The notes: a model not told the origin generated them from the sequence alone. Positions 12,544-24,553 are shown, numbered from the whole stretch's first letter. The stretch: DNA of 55,226 bases, filler included, from Malassezia furfur (GCA_052055015.1; 3 parts of 3 records of this genome joined end to end with filler, not necessarily neighbours in it), one strand, 5' to 3'. Translations and numbers: made by a program.

Positions 12544-13755
12544 ATGGACCAAGACGCGTTCCGTCAGCTGGTCTCGGCGCCCCGCGAGGAAGTCGTGGGG
12601 CGCGGACAGGGATACGATCGCAACTTTGGACAAACATCGTACAGGAATCGGGAGCGGCGGCGCGCTGCGCGCGAGCCACGCGAGCAGCAGCCGGATTGGA
12701 AGCCCCGACAAGTGGGTGGGACAGAATTTCGTGGCTCGCACTCCAAGCATGCGTACATGGATCGGGCAGAGATGCGCCGTCGAGGGATCGAGATGCCGCT
12801 CGATGTGCGGCTACCGACCCTTCCTGATGCGGAAGCAGATACCGCAGGCTCTGAGAACGAGGCGCCGCCCGTCTCAGACGCAGACTTGGAGCAGGCGTGG
12901 GAATCTGGTCGTGCAGAACCGGGCGCGGACGCTCCCGGCCCTGATGCTCCCAAGACCGCATTCCGTCCGATTACAGAAACCAAAGAAGCACCGGACGTGA
13001 TCTACGTCAACGGCAAACGGATGCGGAAGAAGAAGAAAAAGGTGCCCGAGGCGTCGACGGAACCCCCCATCGCTACGCCCGAGGAGCCAAGCCATGCCAC
13101 GGCCTTCCGCCCGCGCAAGGCAACGTCGACGCATACCAATATACAAGTGCATTTGCCCCGCCACTCGCCTAATGTGAAGGACAGCGCAGAAGAGGCCTCG
13201 CTGCCTTCCTCGGATACCCATGCGCCTCCGCCTTTGACTCCTGCGACATCCAGCGAACAACAAGGTTCTTCTTCTGCCCAAGACGCTGCGCTACCTATGG
13301 ACACCCCTACTACGTCCGCATCCAACGGTGGTGCGTCGTCGGACGCGCCCAAGGCCCACCCGCCCGCCTGGCCCACCTTTGTGCCCGAGGTGAACGACGA
13401 CGACGACATTTTCGCCGACGCGGGCGAGTGGGAGGGTCTTTCAGAAGAGGAAGCTCCGGCGCCCAAGGCCGCTCCGGCCAAGCACGGCGACTGGTTTGCG
13501 CCGAGCAGTGCGGCCTCCCCCGACGCGGCCCTGGCGGCCGCGCCAGAGGCACGCACGCCGCCTCCACATTCCCCCCGCTCCGCGACGCCCGATACGCCGC
13601 CGACGCGCTTGGAAGGACTGAGTTCGAGCGCGCTGCCGAGCGAAATGAGCCGCTGGTTACTGTCGCGCGAAGACGAGGCGCCCGCGCGCCGCCAAGGTGC
13701 CGCGCCGAAGCGCAAGCGCAGCAAGAAGGGCCGTGGCGACCCCGATTCGCCCTGA
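12544..13755 (+). CDS. Low-complexity nuclear protein, probable divergent RED/IK-like splicing factor
   Basis: MDQDAFRQLV, YMDRAEMRRRG (compare RED YRDRAxERR), an NLS-like RMRKKKKK and DDDIFADAGEW. The family assignment is from recalled motifs only. Confidence 0.55.
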   Translation: MDQDAFRQLVSAPREEVVGRGQGYDRNFGQTSYRNRERRRAAREPREQQPDWKPRQVGGTEFRGSHSKHAYMDRAEMRRRGIEMPLDVRLPTLPDAEADTAGSENEAPPVSDADLEQAWESGRAEPGADAPGPDAPKTAFRPITETKEAPDVIYVNGKRMRKKKKKVPEASTEPPIATPEEPSHATAFRPRKATSTHTNIQVHLPRHSPNVKDSAEEASLPSSDTHAPPPLTPATSSEQQGSSSAQDAALPMDTPTTSASNGGASSDAPKAHPPAWPTFVPEVNDDDDIFADAGEWEGLSEEEAPAPKAAPAKHGDWFAPSSAASPDAALAAAPEARTPPPHSPRSATPDTPPTRLEGLSSSALPSEMSRWLLSREDEAPARRQGAAPKRKRSKKGRGDPDSP

Positions 13756-13783
13756 GCGCCGGCGCGCGTCCATAGATTACGTA

Positions 13784-13810
13784 ACGCGTAAAGCGCGTCG
13801 CGGCACGCGT
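13784..13810. promoter_or_regulatory. Two MCB-like ACGCGT boxes upstream of POL1
   Basis: ACGCGT at 13784-13789 and 13805-13810 in the 105-nt spacer before the POL1 ATG. POL1 is a classic MBF target in yeasts. Confidence 0.4.
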
Positions 13811-13860
13811 CTCGCGTGGAATTCCGGGCTAGCCGTGACGACGATCCGCGCGCAGGAGCG

Positions 13861-16800
13861 ATGGCGACGCGAGCACAGAGGCTCGAAGCCCTCGCGGCGC
13901 TGAAAGCCTCGCGCACCGGTGGCACACGTGTGCATGTACGTCCATTGTCTGACGCAGCCGAAAACCGAGGATGACGACGTGATCTACGACGAGGTCTCGG
14001 AGGAGACGTACCAGTCGATTGTCCGCGGCCGGATGATGGAAGACGACTTTATCGAGGATGATGACGGGAGCGGCTACGTCGACCATGGTCAGGACGAGTG
14101 GGAGACGCGTGAAGAGAGCGAGCCGGATACCGAGGACGAGCAAGAATACTACGAGCGCACCGGGCGCCGCAAGCCCAAGAAGGGCGCCAAGCGCACGCGG
14201 CGGACCGCTGCGGGCCAGCTAGACTACATGGGCCGCCCCAAGAGCGATGCGCTGCGGCCCCAGCGCGAGGCGGGCCCGAACAAGGAGTCGGAGGACGCGT
14301 TCATGTCGCAGCTCTTTGGCAACTTGCAAGGGTCGCTCGCGACGCCGGCGCGCCCCGCGGTGCCGAAGCTGCGGACGGGCAGCTACGAGTCACCCTCGGC
14401 CATGCTTGCACGGAAACGGAAGCAGCTGCATGCGACCTCGCTGCCGCCATTGCAGGACAGCTCGTCGTCCACCGAGGCGAGCAGCGACCCGCCGGAGCTC
14501 GGCCAGGAGGCGTGGACGAGCGATGTGCATGTCGCGGGCAGCGACTCGCCGCCGTGGGATATGAGCAAGATGGATGTCGTTGAGACGCCGATGCCGGCCA
14601 AGAAGCTCAAGAGCGAGCCGGCTGCGGAGGCCGACGACGAAGAGGATTTCGGCGTGATGCGTGTCGAGGGCAAGCGGCTCGACCGGCTCGTGAGCGGCAA
14701 GGCGCAGGCGCCGGTGCGTGCCGAGGTGCGTCCGCCCGTGCCCGCGACGCCCGCGCCGGTGGCGCGCCAGGCGCCGCACGCCAAGTCGACGCCCGCGCAC
14801 CTGCAGTCGTGGCATGCCGTGCACGAGGGGCTCGACTCAGCGAGTTCGCCGGCGTCCAGCGTGGCATCGCCCAAAGACGCGGCGCAGGCCGGTGCGGCGT
14901 CGTCGCAGATCGAGTGCTTCCAAGAGGACCGGTCGGTGCACTTTTTCTGGTTCGACCACTTTGAGAGCCAGGGCACGGTGCATCTGTTCGGCAAGGTGTG
15001 GGACCAAAGCAGCAAGCGCTACGTGAGCTGCTCGGTGAGTGTGGGCGGCATCGAGCGGTGTGTCTTTTTGCAGCCGCGCGACCGGATGCTGGTCAACGGG
15101 CATCCGTCCGACAAGGTCCCCGGCGAGGACGACGTGTACGAAGAGTTTGACGCGATCCGTACGCGGCATGGCATCCAGGCGTGGCTAGGCAAGTGGGTTA
15201 CGCGCAAGTACGCGTTTGAGTTGCCCGACGTGCCCGCCGAGGGCGAGTACATGAAGATCAAGTACGGCTTCGACGAGCCGCAGCTGCCGATGGACGTGAG
15301 TGGTGCGACGTTTGTGCGTGCATTCGGCACCAACACCTCGGCGTTTGAGCTGTTTGTGGTGAAGCGGCGCATCATGGGCCCGTGCTGGCTGCGCATCGAG
15401 AACGCGAGCGTGCGCAGCGACGCGCCGCAGACGTGGTGCAAGCTCGAGCTGGAGGTCGACGAGCCCAAGTCGGTGGCGCCGTTTGCGGACACAGACGCCA
15501 ACGCGCCGAAGGAGATGCCGCCCGTGACGATCATGAGCCTCTCGACGCGCTCCGTGGTGAACTACAAGGAGAACAAGCGCGAGATTGTCGCGGTGAGCGC
15601 GCGGACGTGGCGCGACACCTCGCTGGAGAACCCGACGCCGCCCGAGCAGCTGCCCTCGACGTCGTTCACGGCGGTGCGCCCGCTCGGCCCGTCGTTCCCC
15701 GCGCGCTTTGAGCAAGAGGCGCGGCAGGGGCGCACCAAGATCCAGGCGCTAAAGTACGAGCGTATGGTGCTGAACAGCTTCTTGGCGCAGGTGCACCTGA
15801 ACGACCCCGACGTGGTGCTGTCGTACGACTTTGCGGGCGCGAACCTCGACATTCTGCTGCACCGCATGCGCGACCTCAAGTGCGAGCAGTGGAGCAAGCT
15901 GGGCCGCCTGCGCCGCACCAAGTGGCCGCTGCTCAAGCAAGGCATGAACACGCGTGTGCTCGCTGGGCGCCTGGTGTGTGATTTGTCGAGCGACACGGCC
16001 AAGGGCATGATCAGCTCGACGACGTGGTCGCTGAGCGAGATGTGCCGCACCTACCTCAACACGCAGCGCGAGGACATCGACCCCGACGACGTGGCGTCCT
16101 ATTTTGACTGCACGGCGCCGTCGCCCGAGCGCCTGCTGACGTTTGTGCGGCACTGTGAGGTGGATGCCTACTTCCAGATGGCGATCGCGAGCCGCGTGCA
16201 GCTCCTGGCGCTCACCAAGCAGCTGACGAATCTCGCGGGCAACGCATGGTCGCGCACGCTGAACGGTGGTCGTGCGGAGCGCAACGAGTACATTTTGCTG
16301 CACGAGTTCCACCGGAAAAAGTACATTTGCCCCGACAAGATCTCGGCATGGGAGAAGAAGGCGCTGCGTGCCGCCAAGGACGACGGCGACGCGCCGCACA
16401 AGAAGGAGAAGTTCAAGGGCGGTCTCGTGTTTGAGCCGAAGCGCGGGCTGTGGGACCGCTACATCCTCGTGATGGACTTCAATTCGCTGTACCCCAGCAT
16501 CATCCAGGAGTTCAACATCGACTTTACGACGGTGGAGCGCGTCGGCGTCGAGGGCGACGCGGTGCCCGACATCCCGTCGTCGGACGTGGGGCAGGGTGTG
16601 CTGCCGCACCTGATTGCGACGCTCGTCAACCGCCGGCGGCAGGTCAAGGGCCTGATGAAGGACAAGCAGGCGCCCGCGCTCAAGCAGCTCCAGTGGAACA
16701 TCAAGCAGCAGGCGCTCAAGCTCACGGCCAACTCGATGTACGGCTGTCTGGGCTTTGAGAACTCGCGCTTCTACGCGCGTCCGCTCGCGGCGCTCACCAC

Positions 16801-18250
16801 GTTCAAGGGCCGCGAGATTCTGACCATGACGCGCGAGCTCGCCGAGAGCATGTCGCTCGACGTGATCTACGGCGACACGGACAGTGTGATGATCAACACC
16901 AACTGCGTCGACTACCAGGACGCGCTGCGCATCGGCCACGAGTTCCGCCGCGCGGTCAACGAGAAGTACAAGCTGCTCGAGATTGATATCGATGGCGTGT
17001 TCCAGCGCATGCTCCTCCTCCAGAAGAAGAAGTATGCCGCGCTGCTCGTCGCCGAGAACGGGCAGACCTCGACCGAGATCAAGGGTCTCGACATGAAGCG
17101 CCGCGAGTACTGCCAGCTCTCCAAGAACGTCTCGAGCTATGTGCTGGCGCAGATCCTCTCGGGCGAGGCCACCGAGGTGGTCGTCGAAAAGATCCACGAG
17201 TACCTCGAACAGGTCGGCAACGACGTGCGCGCGGGCCAAGTGCCGCTCGACGACCTCGTGATCTACAAGCGCCTCGGCAAGCGCCCTCAGGACTACCCCG
17301 ACGCCCAGAACCAGCCGCACGTCCAGGTCGCGCTGCGCATGCTCGCCAAGAACGAGAGCGCACGCAGCGGCGACGTGATCCCCTACGTCTTCTGCGTCGG
17401 GCCGCAGCAGGAGGCCAAGGCGACGCAGGCCGAGCGCGCCTACCACCCCGACGACGTGCGCCGCCACGCGGGCGAAGCGGCGTACGTGATCGACACCAAG
17501 CACTACCTCGCGCTGCAGATCATGCCGCCGATCGAGCGCATCTGCGAGAGCATCGAGGGCACGGACCGCGCGCGCCTCGCGGCGTGCCTCGGCCTCGACG
17601 TGCACGCCTACACGACGCCGTCCGGCGGCGAGGTCGCCACGGCCGGCCGCGAGTTTGCGCCGCTCGACAGCCAGGTGCCAAGCGCGGTGCGCTACGCACA
17701 GTGCGAGCCGCTCGAGGTGCGCTGCCGCGCGTGCGGCCACGCGGTGCAGCTCGGCGCCCTCGCCCAGCTCGCGCCGGACACGCCGCATGCGCTCGTGCGC
17801 GAGGGAGGGTACATGTGCACCAACGCGGCGTGTGCGCAGCCGCTCGGCCTCGCGTCCCTGGTGGTGCAGCTCGAGACGGCGATCCGCGCGTACATCGCGC
17901 GCTACTACCACGGCTACACGGTGTGCACCGAACCCACGTGCGGGGTCCGCACGAACCAGGCAGGCGTCTACAGCGGGCGGTGCCTCGCGGCGAATTGCCG
18001 CGGCACCACCAAGCGCGAGTACTCGGACAAGCAGCTGTACACGCAGCTGTGCTACCTCGACTACCTCTTTGACGCGGACCGCGCGCTCGCCGAGGTGGGC
18101 GACGCACCGCACCGCGCGTATGTCCACGACACCATCCGCGCGCACCGCGCCGCGATCGATGCGCTGCGCGCCGCCGTGCAGGAGTACCTCGGGCGCAACG
18201 GGCGCCGCTTTGTGGATTTGCGCAAACTCTTTGGCTTTATGCGTGTGTAG
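13861..18250 (+). CDS. POL1: DNA polymerase alpha catalytic subunit; 1 intron
   Basis: B-family motifs MDFNSLYPSIIQEFN, KLTANSMYGCLG and YGDTDS, plus C-terminal Cys clusters. First exon MATRAQRLEALAALKASR... is joined by intron 13936-13957 (22 nt) to PKTEDDDVIYDEV. Confidence 0.97.
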
Positions 18251-18735
18251 ATGTGTAGGACGCCAGCATCGCCGACAGACCCGGCACATCGTAGGGGATC
18301 GCCGACGTGCCCAGCGCATCGGCACGCAGCAGCTGCTCGACCGCCTCGCGCTTCACCGAGCGGTAGATGTCGAGCTCCACGGCGACGTCGGCGTCGGGGC
18401 TCGGCGCGCGCGCGGGGGGGGGGCGGCGGGCGACTGTGGGGCCGGTGGCGCGCGTGCACCACCTCTTGGCCCGCGGCGCGCGCCGTCGCACGCAGCTGGT
18501 ACGACNNNNNNNNNNNNNNNNNNNNNNNNNNNNNNNNNNNNNNNNNNNNTTAATTAATTAANNNNNNNNNNNNNNNNNNNNNNNNNNNNNNNNNNNNNNN
18601 NNNNNATTTGCCCGCGCCCGCCGCACCGTCGGCCTGCGCGCTGGCGGGCAGAGGGTCCGGCGCGGATACGCCTGCGGCCCCCGGCGCACGCTCGCGCGGC
18701 TCGGAGGTGGGATCACGAGGCGCCCCGCGTAGCAT
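18237..18735 (-). CDS. Hypothetical protein interrupted by scaffold gap
   Basis: An ATG at 18735 (MLRGAPRDPTSEP...) runs into the N gap. On the far side a protein-like C-terminus (VAVELDIYRSVKREAVEQLLRADAL) ends at 18237, overlapping the POL1 3' end by 14 nt. That the two halves belong to one gene is assumed, not shown. Confidence 0.35.
18506..18605. other. Artificial scaffold gap/linker (44 N + TTAATTAATTAA + 44 N)
   Basis: Exactly 100 nt, with a palindromic all-frame stop linker. Confidence 0.98.
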
Positions 18736-18889
18736 GGCCCCTCGTGGCAAGATGGAGGAAAAAACACGCGCGAGCCACCGTAGATGTTGGTGTGTGCCCT
18801 TGCCGCCCCTTTGCACGTGGCAAGCCTGGGCAATTATATAGGTATTTTCTATTTTTTCTCCGGTACTGAATTCGATTTCCCTACGAAGA

Positions 18890-21413
18890 ATGGCCTTCTG
18901 GGCACGCCTGCGCGCGCACCAGGTGCGTGCGCCGCCGCGGCGCGCACTGACCTGCAGGTGTTTGGCGCCGACACAGATGTAGGCAAGACGATCTTTTCCA
19001 CCGGACTCGCGCTCGCGACCGCCGCGTGCCCGCTCGACGGCGCGGCGCACGCAGAGCGCGTCGCCTACCTCAAGCCGGTCTCGACGGGGCCCGCACACGA
19101 GGCCGACGCAAGGTACGCACGCCCGCACGGCTCACGCCCAGCCACCTCGCGACGTTTGCGCCCCACGTACACAGCCAGACGCTCATCCAGTTCGCCGACC
19201 CCGTGTCGCCGCACCTCGCCGCGGTGCAGGCGACCGGATCGCTGCCGCCGAACGCGACCGACGCCGCCATCGCGCAGCAGGTGCGCGCCTGGCTCGACCG
19301 GTGCGCACACCCCGACGCACACGGCGCCGCATTCGACGCCGCGATCGTCGAGACCGCCGGCGGCGTGCACTCGCCGGCGCCCAGCGGCACGTCGCAGGCC
19401 GACCTCTTGCGCGCGCTCCGCCTGCCCGTCGTGCTCATTGGCTCGAGCCAGCTCGGCGGGATCAGCACGACGCGCGCAGCACTCGAGAGCCTGCGCATGC
19501 GCGGCTACGACGTCGACGCCGTGCTCCTCTTCCCCTCGCCGCGCTACCAAAACGATACCTACCTGCAGCAGCTGCTCCGCGACGAGCTCGACCTGCCCGT
19601 GTTTGCCGTCGGCGGGCCGAGCGCGCAGGGATGGGGGGCGCCGCCGATGCGCGCGCCGCACACCGCCGACGACGTCGCACAGATGCGCACCTACTACCAC
19701 GGCCTCGTCCACGGCACCGACGAGCGCCCCGGCCTCCTGCCCGTCGTGCGCCATCTGCGCGAGCGGCACGCGGCGCGGCACGCCGAACTCACGACGCTCG
19801 CCCCGCGCACGTACGCACAGTGCTGGTGGCCGTTCACGCAGCACACGCGGTACACGCCCGACGACGTGATGGCTATCGACAGCGCGCATGGCGACACCTT
19901 CGCCGTGTACGACCGCGACGCCCTCCGCCCGATGGTCGACGGCTCGGCGTCGTGGTGGACGCAGTGCGTGGGGCACGCGCACCCGCGCCTTGCAAGCGCC
20001 GCCGCGTACGCGGCAGGGCGCTACGGCCACGTCCTGTTCCCCGGCGCCGCGAACGCGCCGGCGCTCCAGCTCACCGAGCGCCTGCTCGGCCGCACGCCGC
20101 ACTCGTTCCGCGCGCCGGGGCACTGGGCGGACCGCGTGTTCTTTAGCGACGACGGGAGCACCGGGATGGAGGTCGCCCTGAAGATGGCGCTCCAGTCGGC
20201 CGTGCGGCGCTACGAGCCGCAGCCCACCGCCGCTGCGACGCACGCACGCATCGCGCCGGGGCGCGAGGCCGGCGGACTCGGCGGGCGCCCGCGCCGCGAG
20301 TGGCAGGTGCTTGGGCTGCAGGGCAGCTACCACGGCGACACGATCGGCGCGATGGACGCGTGCGAGCCGAGCGTCTACAGCGAGCACGTCGCTTGGTACC
20401 GCGGGCGTGGGCAGTGGCTCGCGCCGCCGACGCTGCACATGCGCGCGGGGCAAGTCGAGGTGCAGCTGCCGGCGTCTGTGTGCGCGGACGGCGCGCCGAC
20501 GGCCACGTATGCATCGCTCGACGACGTGTACGACGTGGCGCACCGCCTCGAGCACGACACACTCGCCGCACAGTACCGCGCCGCGCTCAACGATGCACTC
20601 GAGCGCCTCGTCCTCGTCGAGGGACACCGCTTCGGCGCGCTCGTCCTCGAGCCGCTCGTGATGGGCGCGGGGGGGATGGTGTTTGTCGACCCGCTCTTCC
20701 AGCGCGTGCTCGTCGACGTGGTGCGCGCACGCGAGGACCTGTTTGCGCAGCGCGACGCGCCGCTGCGCACGCCGGTGCCGCGCACGCCACACGCACCCGG
20801 CGCGTGGCGCGGCCTGCCCGTCGTGTTCGACGAGGTGTTCACGGGCCTCTTCCGTCTGGGCGTCGCGAGCGCCGCCGAGGTGCTCGGCACGACGCCCGAC
20901 ATTGCGTGCTACGCCAAGATCCTCTCGGGCGGCGTCGTGCCGCTCTCAGTGACCCTGGCCACGGAGGACATCTTCGCGACCTTTGCCGCCTCCCCCGAAA
21001 AGACGCACGCGCTCCTCCACGGGCACAGCTACACGGCGCACCCGGTGGGGTGCGCGGTCGCCAACGAGACGCTCACGATCCTCGACACACTGCACGCGCA
21101 GGGCGCATGGCACGCGCACCAGCGCGCGTGGGGGCGCGTGTGGAGCTTCTGGGACCGCGCGTTTGTCGAGCAGCTGTCGCACCACGAGCGCGTCACGAGC
21201 GCGATGGCGCTCGGCACCGTGCTCAAGATCGAGCTCGCGGACGCGCACCAGGGCTACGCGTCGAACGCCGCCGCGTCGCTGCTCGACGAGCTGCGCACCC
21301 ATGGCGTGCACCTACGGCCACTGGGCAACGTGGTCTATGTGATGTGCAGCCTCACCACGCCCGCCGACGTCCTCGACGCGGTGCGGACGCGGCTGCTCGC
21401 CGCACTTTCGTAG
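18890..21413 (+). CDS. BIO3-BIO1: Bifunctional dethiobiotin synthetase / 7,8-diaminopelargonic acid aminotransferase (BioDA, BIO3-BIO1 fusion); 2 introns
   Basis: BioD part: VFGADTDVGKT, YLKPVSTG, VETAGGVHSP, LGGISTT. BioA part: DGSASWWTQ, FSDDGSTGMEVALKMA, SYHGDT, VFDEVFTG and PLP lysine ACYAKILSGG. Introns at 18923-18957 (35 nt) and 19113-19141 (29 nt). Confidence 0.93.
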
Positions 21414-21419
21414 CGTACT

Positions 21420-23953
21420 CTACAACTTCCACTGCGACGTGGACGAGGCGCCTGGCGCCGGCGCCGCATCGCCCTTCGCACCCCGCTTGCCGGACACGGC
21501 CTGCTTGACGCTCTGCCGCTTGCTGTCCTTGCCGACGACCGACACACCCTTGTTGCCCAGCAGGCTCTTGAGCGCCTCGTCTTTTTGCGCCTTGACCGCC
21601 GGCCGCGGCGCGCCGCCGTTGCGTGCAATCGCCTCCTCGGCACGCTTGATGCGCTCGTTCCGCTTGCGCTTCGCCTGCCGCAGCTGGTTGTGCTGCCGAC
21701 GCTTGTCCGCCGACGACATCTCGCTCTTGGCGCCCGCCAGCGCCGGCGCGTGCGACGACGCGGCATACACCTCCTCGGGCGCCAGCATCGTGCCAGCCGA
21801 CATGGTCGTCGGCAGCGCCGACTCCATCGCGATCGACGGCGTATTCGACACGGTCTCGATCGCCGCCTTGGGCGCCTTGGGCGTATAGTGCGCATTGCTC
21901 AGCGCATCAAGCTTGTTGAACAGGCTCTCCAGGTCCCGCGAAATCGCCTGGTGTTCGCGCGCAAGCTTCGCATCGCTCTCGGACGCCGGCACATCGGCCG
22001 CATCGCCCCGCGCCGCTTGGTACTCGTCCTCGTACAGCTCCGCAAGGCTCTTGTGGCTCTTGGCATCCGACAGGTCCAGCAGCTTCGCCGAGGTGAAGGG
22101 CAGCGCATCGAGATCGCGCTGTCGGATCACGTCGTCGTAGTGCCGGTCGAGGATCCGCCGCTTGATCATCGCCTCGATGCCTTCGTTGTGCTCCTGCGTG
22201 GCCACCGGCGTGGTCTTCGCACTCCGGTCAAACTCCAGGTCCTCCTCGAGCAGACTGTCCACGGGGCGCGCACGCGACGACGCCTCGCCCATCAGCGTCC
22301 AGTCCTTGGCCTGCACATTTTCGTCCTCGTACCGCGCAATTTCGTCGCGCAGCTCTTGCTGCCGCCGCTCGTACGCAGAGAGGTAGTCGCCCTCGGGCTC
22401 GGGCTCGTCGGCGAAGAGGTCGCCCGCCACGCGCGAGGCCGTCGCATCCGCCTGGGCATCGTCGCTCTGCTCCGACTCGGAGGCCTCCTCCGTAGCGTCC
22501 ACAGCCGCCTCCTCGTCTTCCTCGTCGTCGTCTCCCTCCTCTTCCTCGTCGTCGTCTTCCTCGTCATCTTCCTCTTCGTCCTCCTCCTCGTCCTCCTCCT
22601 CGTCCTCCTCCTCGTCCATGTCCACAGGGCCATCCTCGCCATGGCCCACTGCAATTTCGTCCTCCACCTCTTCTTCCTCGTCCTCGTCGTCACTGTCGCT
22701 GTCGCTGTCGTCGCCCGCGCCAATCAGCCCGGAAATCTGACCCCGTGGCCGCGCCTTCTTGATCGGACGCACACGCACTTGGTCGTGGAAACGCACACTC
22801 GTCTTGCGCTCCGGCTCAGCAGGCGGCGCCGGCGCCGATGGACGCGCCTTACGTTGCGCCTTGGGCGCCTTCTTCGGGGGATCGAAAAAGTCGGAGTACA
22901 TAATGTCGGCACCGGACATTTCTTCCTCGTCCTCCTCCTCGCTCTCCTCGTCTTCGTCCCCGACCGAGGCAAAGAGGTCGATCCCGTCGTCCTCTTCCTC
23001 GTCGTCTTCGCCAGACAGGTTGGCACGCGACGTCGACCCCTGGCGCTCGGCCGCCTCGGTCCGCCGGTTGAACTCGTCAATGGAAAAGAAACCGTCGTCC
23101 AGCGTCGGATGCTGCCGCTGGCGCGACGTCGACGACGCTTCCGGCTCGTCTTCGAGCTGGTCAAGCAGGCTCTTGGACGCACGGCCCTCGTCCGCGTCCT
23201 CGTCGCTGTCGTCGCTGCCCTCGCCGCCTTCTTCTTGCTCCATCAGCGCTTGGAACAGCGCAGGGTCGCTCACATTGTACATGTTCATCATCTCCTCGCG
23301 CTCCTTCTCCGCCTTGCGCTTCTGCTGCTCCTCCTCGGAGTGCAGCGGCTCATAAAACACTTCGTCAGGGTCCACGTCGCTCAGGTCCGACGCGCCAGGG
23401 AAGCCCTCATCGGCGCTGTCGCTCTCTTCGTCCTCCCACTCTTCGTCACTGCCCTCATCGCGCGTGGCATCGGCGAGGACGTCGTCGTCCGACGACGAAG
23501 CCTCCTCGTCGTCGTCGTCCTCGCCCACCGCACTCGACATCACTTTTTCCAGGACTTTGGACAGCTTGGCGGTGCGCAGCTCGAGCTGCTGCCACACCTG
23601 CTCATTCTCCATGCCGTCCAGCACCAGCTGGTCGAGCGCCGTCGCCGGAAAGAGCGGATGCGCGGCATCCTCCTCGCCACGCTTGCGCTTCTGTGCACCG
23701 CCGCTCGCCCGTGGCTCGACGGATTGGAGCAGCGACGAAATATACGGGAGCGAGCTCTTTTCTTGCGTCACGCCTGTGTCAGACGACCCAACGTACCTTG
23801 GTCAAAGAGCGCTTTGGTGGCTAGCTTCGCCGCGGCGTGCGTCTCGGCATCGCCGATCGCGAGCACATGCGGCGCTTTCTGGATGTGCTCTACTAGCGAC
23901 TGCGCCTGCAGCGGAGGCTGTCGCTCTACGGCCGCCGACTCTGCTCGCGCCAT
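21420..23953 (-). CDS. MPP10: U3 snoRNP / SSU processome protein Mpp10; 1 intron
   Basis: Contains EQVWQQLELR, LDDGFFSIDEFN, WTLMGEASSRARPVDSLLEEDLEFD, KSHKSLAELYEDEY, KLDALSNAHYTPK and LAPEEVY, with long acidic tracts. Intron 23774-23796 (23 nt). Confidence 0.93.
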
Positions 23954-24029
23954 CGCAACCGCCGGACGATCGAATCACGAACCAACGTCGCGAAATATTT
24001 TAACGGTCACGTGCACCGTCCGGGGGAGG

Positions 24030-24487
24030 CTACGAAGACGCCTCCCAGGGCTTCTTGGGCCGCTCGAGCGTCGAGCTGCTTGGCTCGCTCTCGTTGATCT
24101 TGAGAGGAATGTCGCGCACGCCAGGGATCTTGTCTTCTTGTCCTGTCGCGATCAGCTCGACAATCGCGTTGAAGGACGCGGGGTACTGCTCCATTGGCTC
24201 AGACGTCTCCGGCTGAGCTTCTGCGTCCCCTTGCGACGCAGAAGTTGCCTCAGTGGGTGCCGGAGTGCTTTGCGACTGTGCTCTGCATCAGTAGCCGCAA
24301 CGTACTTGTGCTCGTAGTAAAATTGGCGTGCCCGTGCAACCGTCGCTTTGATCTCCTCCTCCGACGCGCCTTGCTCAATCATGGGTGCAATAATGGCCTG
24401 GATACCTTGCTGCGCAGTCAGACGCGCAACACCACCTACCTGGAGCTCGGCATCGTCCGGCCCATCCGTGGACCCCACAACGCTCAT
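24030..24487 (-). CDS. PEX39: PEX39-like (Yjr012c/C6orf226 family, DUF5572) PTS2-import factor; 2 introns
   Basis: After removing introns 24410-24439 (30 nt, in-frame) and 24283-24305 (23 nt), the 134-aa product reads DDAELQQGIQAII...ARARQFYYEHK...YPASFNAIVELIATG...IPGVRDIP...RPKKPWEASS*. Confidence 0.75.
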
Positions 24488-24553
24488 TGTGCGCGGCAAA
24501 CGTGTTGGTGGAGGTACCACGTGCTCGCCTTTCGCCGTACGCCGCGCGTTGTC

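Noticed and set aside
18506..18605. Palindromic TTAATTAATTAA flanked by N runs (also at 36918-37017)
   Set aside because: Identical 100-nt construct with stops in all frames. It is an assembly linker, not a biological repeat or transposon footprint.
22505..22720. GAG/GAC triplet tracts
   Set aside because: They encode the ordinary acidic region of Mpp10.
18890..24487. Functional linkage between BioDA and the PEX39-like gene (biotin synthesis has a peroxisomal step in some fungi)
   Set aside because: They are separated by MPP10. Proximity in such a dense genome is not evidence without conserved synteny.
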